Shown: in pieces, positions 1 through 8,370 of the stretch
Layout: each line of letters starts with the position of its first letter
How positions within the stretch are numbered: the first letter of the stretch is position 1
Source of the DNA: a virus
Lineage: Duplodnaviria > Heunggongvirae > Uroviricota > Caudoviricetes
DNA: 19,987 nt
Virus record (IMG/VR): IMGVR_UViG_2541047875_000009
Span: 1-19,987 of that record
Direction: 5' to 3' (one strand)
Notes under the pieces: generated by a model
What the model saw: the letters and a program-made list of their open reading frames with translations, nothing else
The model's database searches: none
What the model was told of the DNA's origin: nothing
Translations under genes and position numbers: made by a program

Positions 1-1269
1 ATGCCAAAACTCACAGATATGCAGATCCGCGCATGGATAAAGGCGGGAGACAGATTTGATGGCAAGGCAGACGGCAACGGCCTTTATATTTGCTACCCCA
101 AAAACTACACAGTCCCGTTCTGGCGATTCCGATATAAGCTCGCAGGAAAACAGCGGGCTATGGTTATCGGCTCTTACTCCGAACTGTCACTATCAAAAGC
201 CAGAGAAACAGCAAAAGAGCTGTCAGCCAGAGTTGCTCTTGGCTATGACGTAGCAGCAGAAAAACAGGAACGAAAAGCTGAAGCACTGGCAAAAATGGAG
301 GCTGAGAAAAACGCCATGCGCGTTTCAGATCTGGCCGCCGAATACTTCGAGCGACAGATACTTCCGAGATGGAAACATCCCGATATCCTTCGCCGGAGAA
401 TTGATAAGGATATTAACCCCTGCATTGGGCATATGAAGGTAGAGGACGTTAAGCCACGCCACATTGACGACATGTTGAAAGGTATCGTTGACCGAGGAGC
501 ACCAACGATAGCAACAGATGTATTACGCTGGACACGCCGTATCTTTGACTATGGGATAAAACGCCACGCTCTGGAGATAAACCCTTGTTCAGCGTTTGAA
601 GTATCTGATGCTGGTGGTAAAGAGGTTTCCCGCGACCGTTGGCTAACTCGCGATGAGCTTATCAGGCTATTCGAGGCTATGCGCACCGCAAAAGGATTCA
701 GCCGCCAGAACGAACTGACATTTAAGCTATTGCTGGCACTATGCGTTCGTAAGATGGAGTTATGCGCCGCACGATGGGAAGAGTTTGATTTAGATGGTGC
801 GGTATGGCATTTGCCGGAAGAACGCAGCAAAAACGGAGACCCTATTGATATACCTCTACCTTCTCCTGCCGTTGAATGGTTGAGAGAGCTACACACCTTT
901 TCATGTAATAGCGCATGGGTGCTTCCAGCTAGGAAGATGCAAAACAGAATGATCCCACATATTCAGGAAAGCACTTTACCCGTAGCACTGGCTAAGGTTC
1001 GCGCCGAAATGCCGGATGTGCCTAATTTCACGATTCACGACTTCCGGCGTACCGCACGTACTCATTTAGCAGCATTGGGTGTTGATCCTGTCGTAGCGGA
1101 ACGATGCCTCAATCATCGCATTAAGGGTGTGGAGGGGATTTATAACCGCCATCAGTATTTTGATGAGCGTAAAGCTGCGCTGGCACAGTGGGCTGATCTG
1201 CTGGTGGCACTGGAAAGCGGGAAAGACTACAACGTAACGCCATTCGATAAAGCCCGGAGGCAAATGTGA
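1..1269 (+). CDS. int: P4-type tyrosine integrase (site-specific recombinase)
   Basis: 422-aa ORF starting at the first base of the window. C-terminal region has the R...HDFRRT...LNHR...Y pattern typical of phage-type tyrosine recombinases; overall layout resembles P4/CP4-type integrases. Assignment from translated sequence only. Confidence 0.9.
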   Translation: MPKLTDMQIRAWIKAGDRFDGKADGNGLYICYPKNYTVPFWRFRYKLAGKQRAMVIGSYSELSLSKARETAKELSARVALGYDVAAEKQERKAEALAKMEAEKNAMRVSDLAAEYFERQILPRWKHPDILRRRIDKDINPCIGHMKVEDVKPRHIDDMLKGIVDRGAPTIATDVLRWTRRIFDYGIKRHALEINPCSAFEVSDAGGKEVSRDRWLTRDELIRLFEAMRTAKGFSRQNELTFKLLLALCVRKMELCAARWEEFDLDGAVWHLPEERSKNGDPIDIPLPSPAVEWLRELHTFSCNSAWVLPARKMQNRMIPHIQESTLPVALAKVRAEMPDVPNFTIHDFRRTARTHLAALGVDPVVAERCLNHRIKGVEGIYNRHQYFDERKAALAQWADLLVALESGKDYNVTPFDKARRQM

Positions 1270-1916
1270 ACAACATCTTGAGAAAATCGCCAATCGAACG
1301 GCTTTGTTCATCTGTATCGATTACCCCTCATGAAATGGCTGTGGCCTTGGCTGGCCTAAACCCATCTATGCGCATTAGCGATGTGCCTGAGGAAAATTTC
1401 GAATATGTCGATTTTGTCAGAACTCATCTTGCCAGAGCTATCAAGGTGTACAGAGGTGAAAAAACTAGTAAAGACGAGCCTTGCCATGCCCTTGATATTT
1501 TCTTAGCTTCTTACCCATTTATTGACACAAATACACCAGAAATAATTGTTCAGAAAATATCAGAAGCGATTGATGATTTGCGTGGCACCAAGGGCTGGGA
1601 AGAAAAAGCCCGAAACCTTGGAGGACTCCAGTTAGTAAACTACATCAAAGAAACCAACCGCAGCGGACGTGGGCAGCATAGAAAGCAGGATGAGGAAAAC
1701 GGGACAATGAAAATGATGGGGTTGATAGTACATCTGCTGATAAAAAAATCAGGCTCATCTTCCTACATCCAAAATGGGAAACCTAATCGCACAGCTATAT
1801 ACCGTGACATAGAAACCTTAATCAAGGATGAAGGGATATCCCATAAAGGAATAGCAAAAGCCACATTCCTAGAAAAAATCTCACGGGCTTTATTAGCTGT
1901 CCACGATCTCGACTAA
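1266..1916 (+). CDS. hypothetical protein, AT-rich accessory ORF translationally coupled to the integrase
   Basis: 216-aa ORF with a GTG start at 1266 overlapping the int stop (ATGTGA) and GGAGG at 1256-1260. An alternative ATG start lies at 1335. Noticeably more AT-rich than int. No motif I recognise. Confidence 0.55.
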   Translation: MNNILRKSPIERLCSSVSITPHEMAVALAGLNPSMRISDVPEENFEYVDFVRTHLARAIKVYRGEKTSKDEPCHALDIFLASYPFIDTNTPEIIVQKISEAIDDLRGTKGWEEKARNLGGLQLVNYIKETNRSGRGQHRKQDEENGTMKMMGLIVHLLIKKSGSSSYIQNGKPNRTAIYRDIETLIKDEGISHKGIAKATFLEKISRALLAVHDLD

Positions 1917-2387
1917 TCACTTTTCACGCCCCTCCAAAGCAATGGCGGGGTATTACCTGTTTACCCATCTCCACCAGCATAGATAATTCTATGCCTAGCC
2001 ATTGCTATATCTGTTCGGCTTAGTTCATCTGTAATCACCCCATCTCTAAAAGATACGCCAGCTATCATTAGCCATTTTAAGCCATCATGAGCCATTATAA
2101 ACCGACTCAACCAATTGAATAATAAAAGATAAAAGGAAATGTAAAAACATGATGAATGACGATGAAAGATATAACTCTTTGATAAAACAATGATTTTTTA
2201 AACTGGTAACTAATTGAAAATAAAGAAAATAATTATCCCACCTGCATTTGCAATCTTTCAGTGGATCAGTATTTTTTCAATAGATTTATAATTTCTTTCA
2301 ATAGATTCTAGTCTTAATAGAAATACTGTATGGGCAACCACTAAACTTTAAGTAACTTCATGAGCTATCAGAGAGGTTACTAGAGAT

Positions 2388-2606
2388 ATGACAGCACACA
2401 AGCCAGCATCATCAGCTATCCCAACAACTGGATACATCCGTCGCTTTCGCATGCCGGAATTGCTAGGTGTTTCACTGCCTACTATTGATAGATGGGTTAA
2501 AAATGGCACTCTTCCACGCCCAGTGAAGCTGACAGATAACGTGACTGCGTTTGATGCGGTGGAAATTAATAACTGGCTGGCAGAACGCCGAAACACATCA
2601 GCCTGA
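2388..2606 (+). CDS. alpA: AlpA-family phage transcriptional regulator (HTH, excisionase-like)
   Basis: 72-aa ORF; the segment RRFRMPELLGVSLPTIDRWVKNGTLPRPVKL matches the AlpA/prophage CP4-57 regulatory protein helix-turn-helix pattern. GAGAGG-type RBS upstream. Preceded by about 470 bp of AT-rich non-coding DNA. Confidence 0.8.
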   Translation: MTAHKPASSAIPTTGYIRRFRMPELLGVSLPTIDRWVKNGTLPRPVKLTDNVTAFDAVEINNWLAERRNTSA

Positions 2607-2680
2607 TTAAATGACTACGGGGGATGACGTTCAACCCCACCAGCAAACAAAAGTAACTTAATTTAATAGCAGGTGTTTTT

Positions 2681-3505
2681 ATGAAACTGCGAAAAACGCC
2701 CGTACAGGGGCAGGGCTTCGTTCGGCCTGAAAACCAGAATCTGCAAAATTTCGGCGAAATTATCCCGGTTATTTCCGGCGTTATTGGCGGGCGTGAAGCC
2801 GCTGTTGTTAGCGCAAAAGCGTTACACAAAGCGTTGGGCGTGGGAAAAGACTTCTCTACATGGATCACTGATCGTATCTCTGAATATGACTTCACCATTG
2901 GGTACGATTACTCAGTCCATAAAACAATTTCCCCAAATTTGGGGAAAAGCCCGAATGGCGAGGCTTACAGCAAGATTAAGCACTCTGGCAGACCCGGTAA
3001 AGACTATCTGTTAAGTGTCGGAATGGCGAAAGAACTGGCAATGATCGAACGCACCGAACAGGGCCGCGCCGTTCGTCAGTACTTCATCAAATGCGAGGAG
3101 GAGCTACACAAGGTAGCGCCTGTACGTTCCGCAGCGTTACGCCGGGAACTGAAAGCCCGTATCACCGTAGCCAGCTACTTTAAGCCGATGTGTGCCGCGC
3201 TGGAGGCGTACCGCGCTGAACTGGGTAAAAACACGCTCCAGCACCACTACACCACGGAAGCCAATATGCTGGCGCGTATCGTGCTGGGTGGCATGACTGC
3301 AAAACAGTGGGCGCAGGCGAACGGCATCACAGGCGAACCACGCGACCACATGAGCACGCTGCAGCTTGAGCACCTTTCTTACCTTGAGCAGAGCAATATC
3401 ACGCTGATTGAGTTAGGCCAGGACTACCACCAGCGGAAAGCTGAATTAATTCGTCTTTCGCAACGCTGGTTAGCCCGCCGCATGGAGGTGAGCAGCCATG
3501 CGTAA
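2681..3505 (+). CDS. phage antirepressor, AntA/AntB-like N-terminal domain with a KilA-C-like C-terminal part
   Basis: 274-aa ORF. N-terminal region (AKALHKALGVGKDFSTWITDRI ... GKDYLLSVGMAKELAMIERTEQGRAVRQYFI) resembles the AntA/AntB antirepressor domain. Domain call is from recollection of the family pattern. Confidence 0.7.
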   Translation: MKLRKTPVQGQGFVRPENQNLQNFGEIIPVISGVIGGREAAVVSAKALHKALGVGKDFSTWITDRISEYDFTIGYDYSVHKTISPNLGKSPNGEAYSKIKHSGRPGKDYLLSVGMAKELAMIERTEQGRAVRQYFIKCEEELHKVAPVRSAALRRELKARITVASYFKPMCAALEAYRAELGKNTLQHHYTTEANMLARIVLGGMTAKQWAQANGITGEPRDHMSTLQLEHLSYLEQSNITLIELGQDYHQRKAELIRLSQRWLARRMEVSSHA

Positions 3506-3914
3506 ACCTGTCTTTTATGCCGGGCGCACTGAAATCTCTGTCATTAAATTCGATGACATTCAGGTGCGCATAGTGAGTATCAACGGCGAGCCGTGGTTTG
3601 TTGGCGCTGATGTGTGTGCTGCGCTGGAAATCAGCAATGTTACTGATGCTGTTTCAGTTCTGGATAACGACGAGGTAATGACCCTAGCTTTAACCGAGGG
3701 GCATTCCGGTAAGCGTGGTGGTGCCAGAAGCTGGAATGTTGTCTCTGAATCAGGTTTCTACAAACTGATCGCCCGCAGCCGTAAAGCTTCCACACCTGGC
3801 ACATTTGCGCACCGTTTCAGTAACTGGGTATTCCGCGAGGTTATTCCTTCAATCCGCAAAACGGGGAGTTATGGTGTTCCGTTTGCCATGCTGAATGATT
3901 TCAGTAAACGCTAG
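3498..3914 (+). CDS. Bro-N domain protein (phage antirepressor-type DNA-binding domain)
   Basis: 138-aa ORF overlapping the upstream gene by 8 nt with GGAGG at 3484-3488. The IKFDDIQVRIVSINGEPWFVGADVCAALE segment matches the Bro-N hallmark. Confidence 0.7.
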   Translation: MRKPVFYAGRTEISVIKFDDIQVRIVSINGEPWFVGADVCAALEISNVTDAVSVLDNDEVMTLALTEGHSGKRGGARSWNVVSESGFYKLIARSRKASTPGTFAHRFSNWVFREVIPSIRKTGSYGVPFAMLNDFSKR

Positions 3915-4113
3915 GCTGCATATCAACAGGAAGCCAGCAAACGCGGTTACAGGTTACAGCAATGCAAAGAGGCAAAAGATGCACTGGAACGAGAAGAGCG
4001 GGCGCTATGGCGTAAATATCAGCCTGATTTTCTGGAGGGTGAAAGCAATGTGTAACGATCCGAACGTTACAGAAAGAAAAAGCGCCCCGTTGCTAGATAA
4101 CAGGCAAAACAAA

Positions 4114-4134
4114 GGCGACCGGGATAGGTCGCCA
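4114..4134 (-). terminator. putative rho-independent terminator for the minus-strand regulator transcript
   Basis: Perfect 7-bp inverted repeat GGCGACC ... GGTCGCC (4114-4134); on the minus strand it is followed by TTTGTTTTG. Confidence 0.4.
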
Positions 4135-4199
4135 GTGGGAACAAAGGAAATCAAACGCATCGCCAACAATGCCAGATTTGCGGCTGGTGGGCAATGTGA

Positions 4200-4379
4200 T
4201 CAGTCAGATTTGGTTCGTTCCAGGGTTTGCAACGAGAGCTTTTTCCTGTGCTCTTTAAGGAATTTCTCAAGAGCAAACGAACAAGGTGCGAATCTTTCTG
4301 ATTCATGTTCATGCGCTATATTTTTGCGTCGTCTCTTACGAGTTGGTGATGGTGTTTTTGTTGATTCTGTGTCGCTCAT
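4200..4379 (-). CDS. small basic protein (59 aa), not in the supplied ORF track because it is under 60 aa
   Basis: Hand translation of the minus strand from ATG at 4379-4377 to TGA at 4202-4200 gives MSDTESTKTPSPTRKRRRKNIAHEHESERFAPCSFALEKFLKEHRKKLSLQTLERTKSD. Sits between the RHH gene and the terminator hairpin. Weak RBS. Confidence 0.3.
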   Translation of the reverse strand: MSDTESTKTPSPTRKRRRKNIAHEHESERFAPCSFALEKFLKEHRKKLSLQTLERTKSD

Positions 4380-4436
4380 GGTGCTGCCCTGTAAAGCAAT
4401 GCGCCTGCGTTCCTCAAACTATGGCGCTGATAGTGG

Positions 4437-4616
4437 CTATTCCTGCTCTTTGGCCTTGCGCCGCTGGCGGCGTTTGATCTCGCCTTCAAGTGCTGAAACG
4501 ATAAATTGTCCCGTGCTTTCGCCAGCTTCCTTTAAGTTTTCTACAGCGTCGGCTATTGCGTGGGGAACTCGTGCTTCAAGTTTCTTCGATTTTGCATTAA
4601 CGGCCTTCGTTGCCAT
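4437..4616 (-). CDS. ribbon-helix-helix (CopG/Arc-like) small DNA-binding regulator, putative repressor
   Basis: The listed 98-aa minus ORF is best started at its internal ATG (4616-4614), giving 59 aa MATKAVNAKSKKLEARVPHAIADAVENLKEAGESTGQFIVSALEGEIKRRQRRKAKEQE, with an AGAGGA RBS 8 nt upstream. Divergent from the replication operon. Confidence 0.55.
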   Translation of the reverse strand: MATKAVNAKSKKLEARVPHAIADAVENLKEAGESTGQFIVSALEGEIKRRQRRKAKEQE

Positions 4617-4636
4617 ATCTGGATTCCTCTTTATTA

Positions 4637-4718
4637 GGTGGCTGACAGTATACACACAAGAAATCGAAAAAACACTATTGACGTGGCTGACACCTGTTAC
4701 TAATATGGTGGCTGACAC
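4637..4718 (+). promoter_or_regulatory. divergent promoter/operator region: sigma70-like promoter overlapped by three direct repeats
   Basis: TTGACG (4678-4683), 17-bp spacer, TAATAT (4701-4706). Direct repeats GGTGGCTGACA at 4637-4647, CGTGGCTGACA at 4682-4692 and GGTGGCTGACA at 4707-4717 overlap the -35 and lie just downstream of the -10. Confidence 0.5.
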
Positions 4719-4816
4719 TTTTAGTTGTTGCAAGCAACAAAACGACGAAACCCCGCACTGTTGGAGCAGTAACGGGGCCTCTAACCACCAACGATAGCGA
4801 AAGTATCGAGGTAGCT

Positions 4817-5020
4817 ATGTTAAATCATACCACACACCCGCAAGGGCGGGATTCGCACAACCTGAATAAATACATCTGGCGTTTTATCGCCCTGAGCACG
4901 GCACAACCGCGCGTGATTACCATCGAGGCCACCAGCGAACAGAAAGCCCGTCAGCAATCCCCGGCTGGCTGCGTGATGGTATTTACTGCTCGCATCCGTC
5001 AGGGGGAATACTATGCGTGA
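4817..5020 (+). CDS. small protein, possibly Icd-like/Ash-family (P4-type islands)
   Basis: 67-aa ORF with GAGGT RBS; first gene downstream of the promoter. Family call is from memory of similar small proteins in P4-like prophages and is uncertain. Confidence 0.45.
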   Translation: MLNHTTHPQGRDSHNLNKYIWRFIALSTAQPRVITIEATSEQKARQQSPAGCVMVFTARIRQGEYYA

Positions 5021-5270
5021 TGAACGATTTATTCTTCTGGAGCAAAAATTCAGTGAAGCGCCAAAAAATGAAATTGATGCTCTTTTGCATATCGCGAATA
5101 TGCTAAAAGTAGCAACGTTCCTTATAGTTTCGAATCTGGAGCATGAAACGGCGTTAGATATACTGAACAGTGCTGTCGATTATTCTGAATATATTGCCGA
5201 GGATAAATACAGGCAATTACCAGATTTGTTAGCCCATAAATATAAAGAAGAACCTCACACCGGGAAATAA
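5013..5270 (+). CDS. hypothetical protein
   Basis: 85-aa ORF whose ATG overlaps the upstream stop (ATGCGTGA), indicating translational coupling. AT-rich. Confidence 0.5.
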   Translation: MRDERFILLEQKFSEAPKNEIDALLHIANMLKVATFLIVSNLEHETALDILNSAVDYSEYIAEDKYRQLPDLLAHKYKEEPHTGK

Positions 5271-5272
5271 AC

Positions 5273-5575
5273 ATGAAGAAGATTAAATTTACTGGCTTAA
5301 ATGCCAGCGGACAGACTCATCCGAAAATCAGGATCGGGGATATTTTCCGGGATAAATATGGTGACAGCGTGGTTATTAATTCCGTGTATGAACGGCACAT
5401 TACATACCGCCGCGCAGGGTATGACTATGACTGTGTGATGCCCGTTCATCAGTTCCGGCGTGATTTTTCACTGGTATGTGCAGCACCACGCAGTAAGCCC
5501 ACCAGTAAAGAGAAAGCACGGGCAAATATTCAGGTAATAAAGAACATGATTAACGCATTCAGGGGCAAGAAATGA
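5273..5575 (+). CDS. hypothetical protein
   Basis: 100-aa ORF immediately after the previous gene; its stop overlaps the start of the replication gene (ATGA). Confidence 0.5.
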   Translation: MKKIKFTGLNASGQTHPKIRIGDIFRDKYGDSVVINSVYERHITYRRAGYDYDCVMPVHQFRRDFSLVCAAPRSKPTSKEKARANIQVIKNMINAFRGKK

Positions 5576-7698
5576 AACGCGCACCGAATTTAAAGCACCA
5601 GCCGAAAGACAAAATGACGGAGGTGATTATCTTTGCGGGTAGTGATGCCTGGGCACATGCGAAAGAGTGGAGCGAATGGGCCGGAAAGCATATTGCGGCA
5701 GATGATACACATCCAGTTATTCTTGGACCGGAACAACTGGCGAGTCTGGCAGACACGCAAATCATCGACAAAGGGCGCTATTACGTGCGCGTTTATCGTG
5801 CTGGTGAAATATCAGAGCAGCACCTTACACAGATAGCGACACTGCTTGCAGTGGCGGGTGTGAAGGAGGCGCGTTGCTACCGCAGCTTTGTTGATCAGCA
5901 GCCGGAGGACTGGACACCGCGCATGACTGGACTGAAGGATGATGCGGAACGCGGTAACAGTCTGGTGATCAACCTTCCGGCGAAGACAAATTTCACCGGA
6001 AATTATGATGACGAATTAAAGCCTCGTGTTGAAAGTCGCGTCGATGGTGTTTTCTGGGTAACGCCCAAAGTGGACAAGCAGTCAGGCGAAATTATCCGGC
6101 CTGAGACGTGGTTATGTTCTCCGCTTGAACTACTGGGAACAGGAACAATCGGCAAAGAGCATTACCGCGTGATGCGCTGGAAAAAACCAGCAAACCATGA
6201 GGTCATTACAATGGCGGTCCCGTGCGGAGGCATTGGTGACCGTGACGGCTGGCGGTTGCTGAAAGACCACGGCCTTAACGTGACGACCAACGGCAAATAC
6301 AGGGCTATCCTGGCTGACTGGATGCAGTTAAGCGGAAACCATGAGGAATGGCAGTTAAGCACAACAACGGGGTGGCATTTTGGTGCGTACATCATGCCGG
6401 ATGGTTCGATCATCGGTGAATCAGAGAAACCCATCCTGTTTACCGGAAAAACTGCCGCTGTTAATGGCTATTCCGTGGCGGGAACAGCGGAGGGCTGGCG
6501 CGATACCGTGGCACGGCTGGCTGGTGGTAATCCGTCCATGATGCTGGGTGTGGCGGTATCGCTATCTGCACCATTAATCGGGCTGGTGGGTGCTGACGGC
6601 TTCGGGGTTCATCTTTTTGAGCAATCATCAGCAGGTAAAACCACCACACAGAACATTGCCTCAAGTTTATGGGGAGAGCCGGACGCGCAACGGCTGACCT
6701 GGTACGGAACGGCGTTAGGTATCGCCAACGAGGCCGAAGCACATAATGACGGGCTGTTACCCCTGGATGAAATAGGCCAGGCCGGAAACGCACGGGAGGT
6801 GTCCACGTCAGCCTATACGCTGTTTAACGGTTCCGGGAAATTACAGGGGGCGAAGGACGGCGGCAACAGGGAGATAAAACACTGGCGTACGGTGGCAATC
6901 AGCACCGGAGAAATGGACGTTGAAACATTCCTCAAAACGGAAGGGATAAAAATTAAAGCGGGGCAGCTTGTCCGTCTGCTTAACGTACCGATGGAAAAGG
7001 CCTCGCAGTTTCACGAATACAGCACCGGAAAGGCGCACGCAGACGCGTTAAAAAATGCCTGGACAGAAAATCACGGGGCGGCAGGTCGTGAGTGGGTTAA
7101 ATGGCTGGCAGGTCACCAGCAGGAGGCAAAGGACGCGGTAAAGGCATGTCGCGAGCGGTGGCGCAACCTGATACCGGAGAGCTACGGCGAGCAGGTTCAC
7201 CGTGTGGGGGAAAGATTCGCCGTACTGGAGGCCGCGCTTGTGCTTTCCGGTCATGTTACAGGCTGGGATGTTCAGGCGTGCCGTGATGCAGTTCAGCATA
7301 ACTTTAATGCCTGGGTGAAGGAATTCGGCACGGGCAACAGGGAATTTAAACAGATGGTTGAACAGGCTGAGGCGTTTTTGTCGTCGTTCGGGTTCAGTCG
7401 ATACCTTCCCTATCCAAACAGCGACGAGCGTGATTTACCGATTAAAGACCTTGCCGGATACAGAAAGGGGAGCATCAGAAACGAAGATGAGGAGTTCCGT
7501 TTTTACACGTTCCCGCATGTGTTTGAGGGTGAGATAGCACAGGGATTTAATCCGTCTCACTTTGCCCGCGCGTTGAGTGCTGCCGGAATGCTGGAAGCGG
7601 GAGGCGACCGCCGTTACAAGAAAAAGGCGCTCGGCAGGATTGGCGGGAAGCAGCATATTTTTTACGTGCTGATGTTCCAGCCTGAAGCAGAATATTAA
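5572..7698 (+). CDS. putative replication initiator / primase-helicase-like P-loop NTPase (satellite pri-rep type, possibly DUF927-like)
   Basis: 708-aa ORF. Walker A-like EQSSAGKTT (coding 6631-6645) and Walker B-like LLPLDEIG (about 6757-6780). Followed directly by an iteron cluster. Family name is from recollection. Confidence 0.75.
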   Translation: MKRAPNLKHQPKDKMTEVIIFAGSDAWAHAKEWSEWAGKHIAADDTHPVILGPEQLASLADTQIIDKGRYYVRVYRAGEISEQHLTQIATLLAVAGVKEARCYRSFVDQQPEDWTPRMTGLKDDAERGNSLVINLPAKTNFTGNYDDELKPRVESRVDGVFWVTPKVDKQSGEIIRPETWLCSPLELLGTGTIGKEHYRVMRWKKPANHEVITMAVPCGGIGDRDGWRLLKDHGLNVTTNGKYRAILADWMQLSGNHEEWQLSTTTGWHFGAYIMPDGSIIGESEKPILFTGKTAAVNGYSVAGTAEGWRDTVARLAGGNPSMMLGVAVSLSAPLIGLVGADGFGVHLFEQSSAGKTTTQNIASSLWGEPDAQRLTWYGTALGIANEAEAHNDGLLPLDEIGQAGNAREVSTSAYTLFNGSGKLQGAKDGGNREIKHWRTVAISTGEMDVETFLKTEGIKIKAGQLVRLLNVPMEKASQFHEYSTGKAHADALKNAWTENHGAAGREWVKWLAGHQQEAKDAVKACRERWRNLIPESYGEQVHRVGERFAVLEAALVLSGHVTGWDVQACRDAVQHNFNAWVKEFGTGNREFKQMVEQAEAFLSSFGFSRYLPYPNSDERDLPIKDLAGYRKGSIRNEDEEFRFYTFPHVFEGEIAQGFNPSHFARALSAAGMLEAGGDRRYKKKALGRIGGKQHIFYVLMFQPEAEY

Positions 7699-7720
7699 CT
7701 TCCCTGTGTGAGGTAAAAAG

Positions 7721-7846
7721 TTGCGGGTTATGCGGGTTATCCTGTGTATAAGTTAATTAAATGCATGATTAAAAAGGAAATCAATAACCCGCACGTAACC
7801 CGCAAAACGGCAGTTATAACCCGCAAATGTGCGATTGTAACCCGCA
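7721..7846. repeat. iteron cluster, putative replication origin
   Basis: Tandem direct TGCGGGTTA x2 (7722-7740), an AT-rich spacer (7751-7780), then inverted copies TAACCCGCA at 7785, 7796, 7817 and 7838 (spacings 11, 21, 21 bp). Starts 23 bp after the replication gene stop. Confidence 0.6.
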
Positions 7847-7908
7847 AAATTTCACTGTAAGAGTGTAAACAAGCGTAACTATCACGTTAAAACCGGAGAA
7901 CAAACAGC

Positions 7909-8334
7909 ATGACGGCGCAAATATCAGCTTACGGGCGGCTGGTGGCTGACCCGCAGTTAAAGACCACCAGCAAGGGCACACAAATGGCGATGGCGAGTAT
8001 GGCGGTCCCCCTTCCATGCAATCAGGCAGATGACGGAACGGCGACGATGTGGTTATCCGTCCTGGCGTTTGGCAGACAGGCTGACGCACTGGCAAAACAC
8101 CACAAAGGCGAACTGGTGAGCGTGGCCGGTAACATGCAGGTGAGCCGGTGGACGGGCCAGAACGGCGAAACGAGGCAGGGATGGCAGGTTATCGCAGACA
8201 GCGTAATCAGTGCGCGAACGGCGCGACCGGGCGGCAAAAAAGGCCAGCAGGGGCAGGCTACTGATGCACTGAACAGGGCAAAGCAACAGACAGGCCAGCA
8301 CGATGATCCGTACGGGGACGGGATACCGTTTTAA
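7909..8334 (+). CDS. single-stranded DNA-binding protein-like (OB-fold SSB family)
   Basis: 141-aa ORF. N-terminal GRLVADPQLKTT and the WLSVLAFGRQAD ... GELVSVAGNMQVSRWTGQNGETRQGWQV pattern resemble the SSB OB-fold; C-terminus ends in GIPF like the SSB acidic tip (DDDIPF). Confidence 0.65.
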   Translation: MTAQISAYGRLVADPQLKTTSKGTQMAMASMAVPLPCNQADDGTATMWLSVLAFGRQADALAKHHKGELVSVAGNMQVSRWTGQNGETRQGWQVIADSVISARTARPGGKKGQQGQATDALNRAKQQTGQHDDPYGDGIPF

Positions 8335-8370
8335 TTCACAACAGCGAACAGAGTAATTACAGGGGAAGGC

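Noticed and set aside
3895-4797. 300-aa plus-strand ORF spanning the Bro-N end to the replication operon
   Set aside because: It runs antisense through the RHH gene, the small basic ORF and a terminator hairpin, reads through a promoter/operator region, and has Cys/Ser/Arg-rich junk-like composition with no RBS. Most likely a shadow ORF.
6461-6793. Minus-strand ORFs (6162-6434, 6461-6793, 6609-6806, 6841-7038, 7048-7299) inside the replication gene
   Set aside because: All are antisense to a long, well-supported plus-strand gene with Walker motifs, and they have Pro/Arg-rich composition typical of shadow frames.
7721-7846. Possible CRISPR array (short repeats in two clusters)
   Set aside because: Repeats are only 9-12 bp with 9-21 bp spacing and occur in both orientations; CRISPR repeats are about 28-37 bp with similar-length unique spacers. 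These are iterons.
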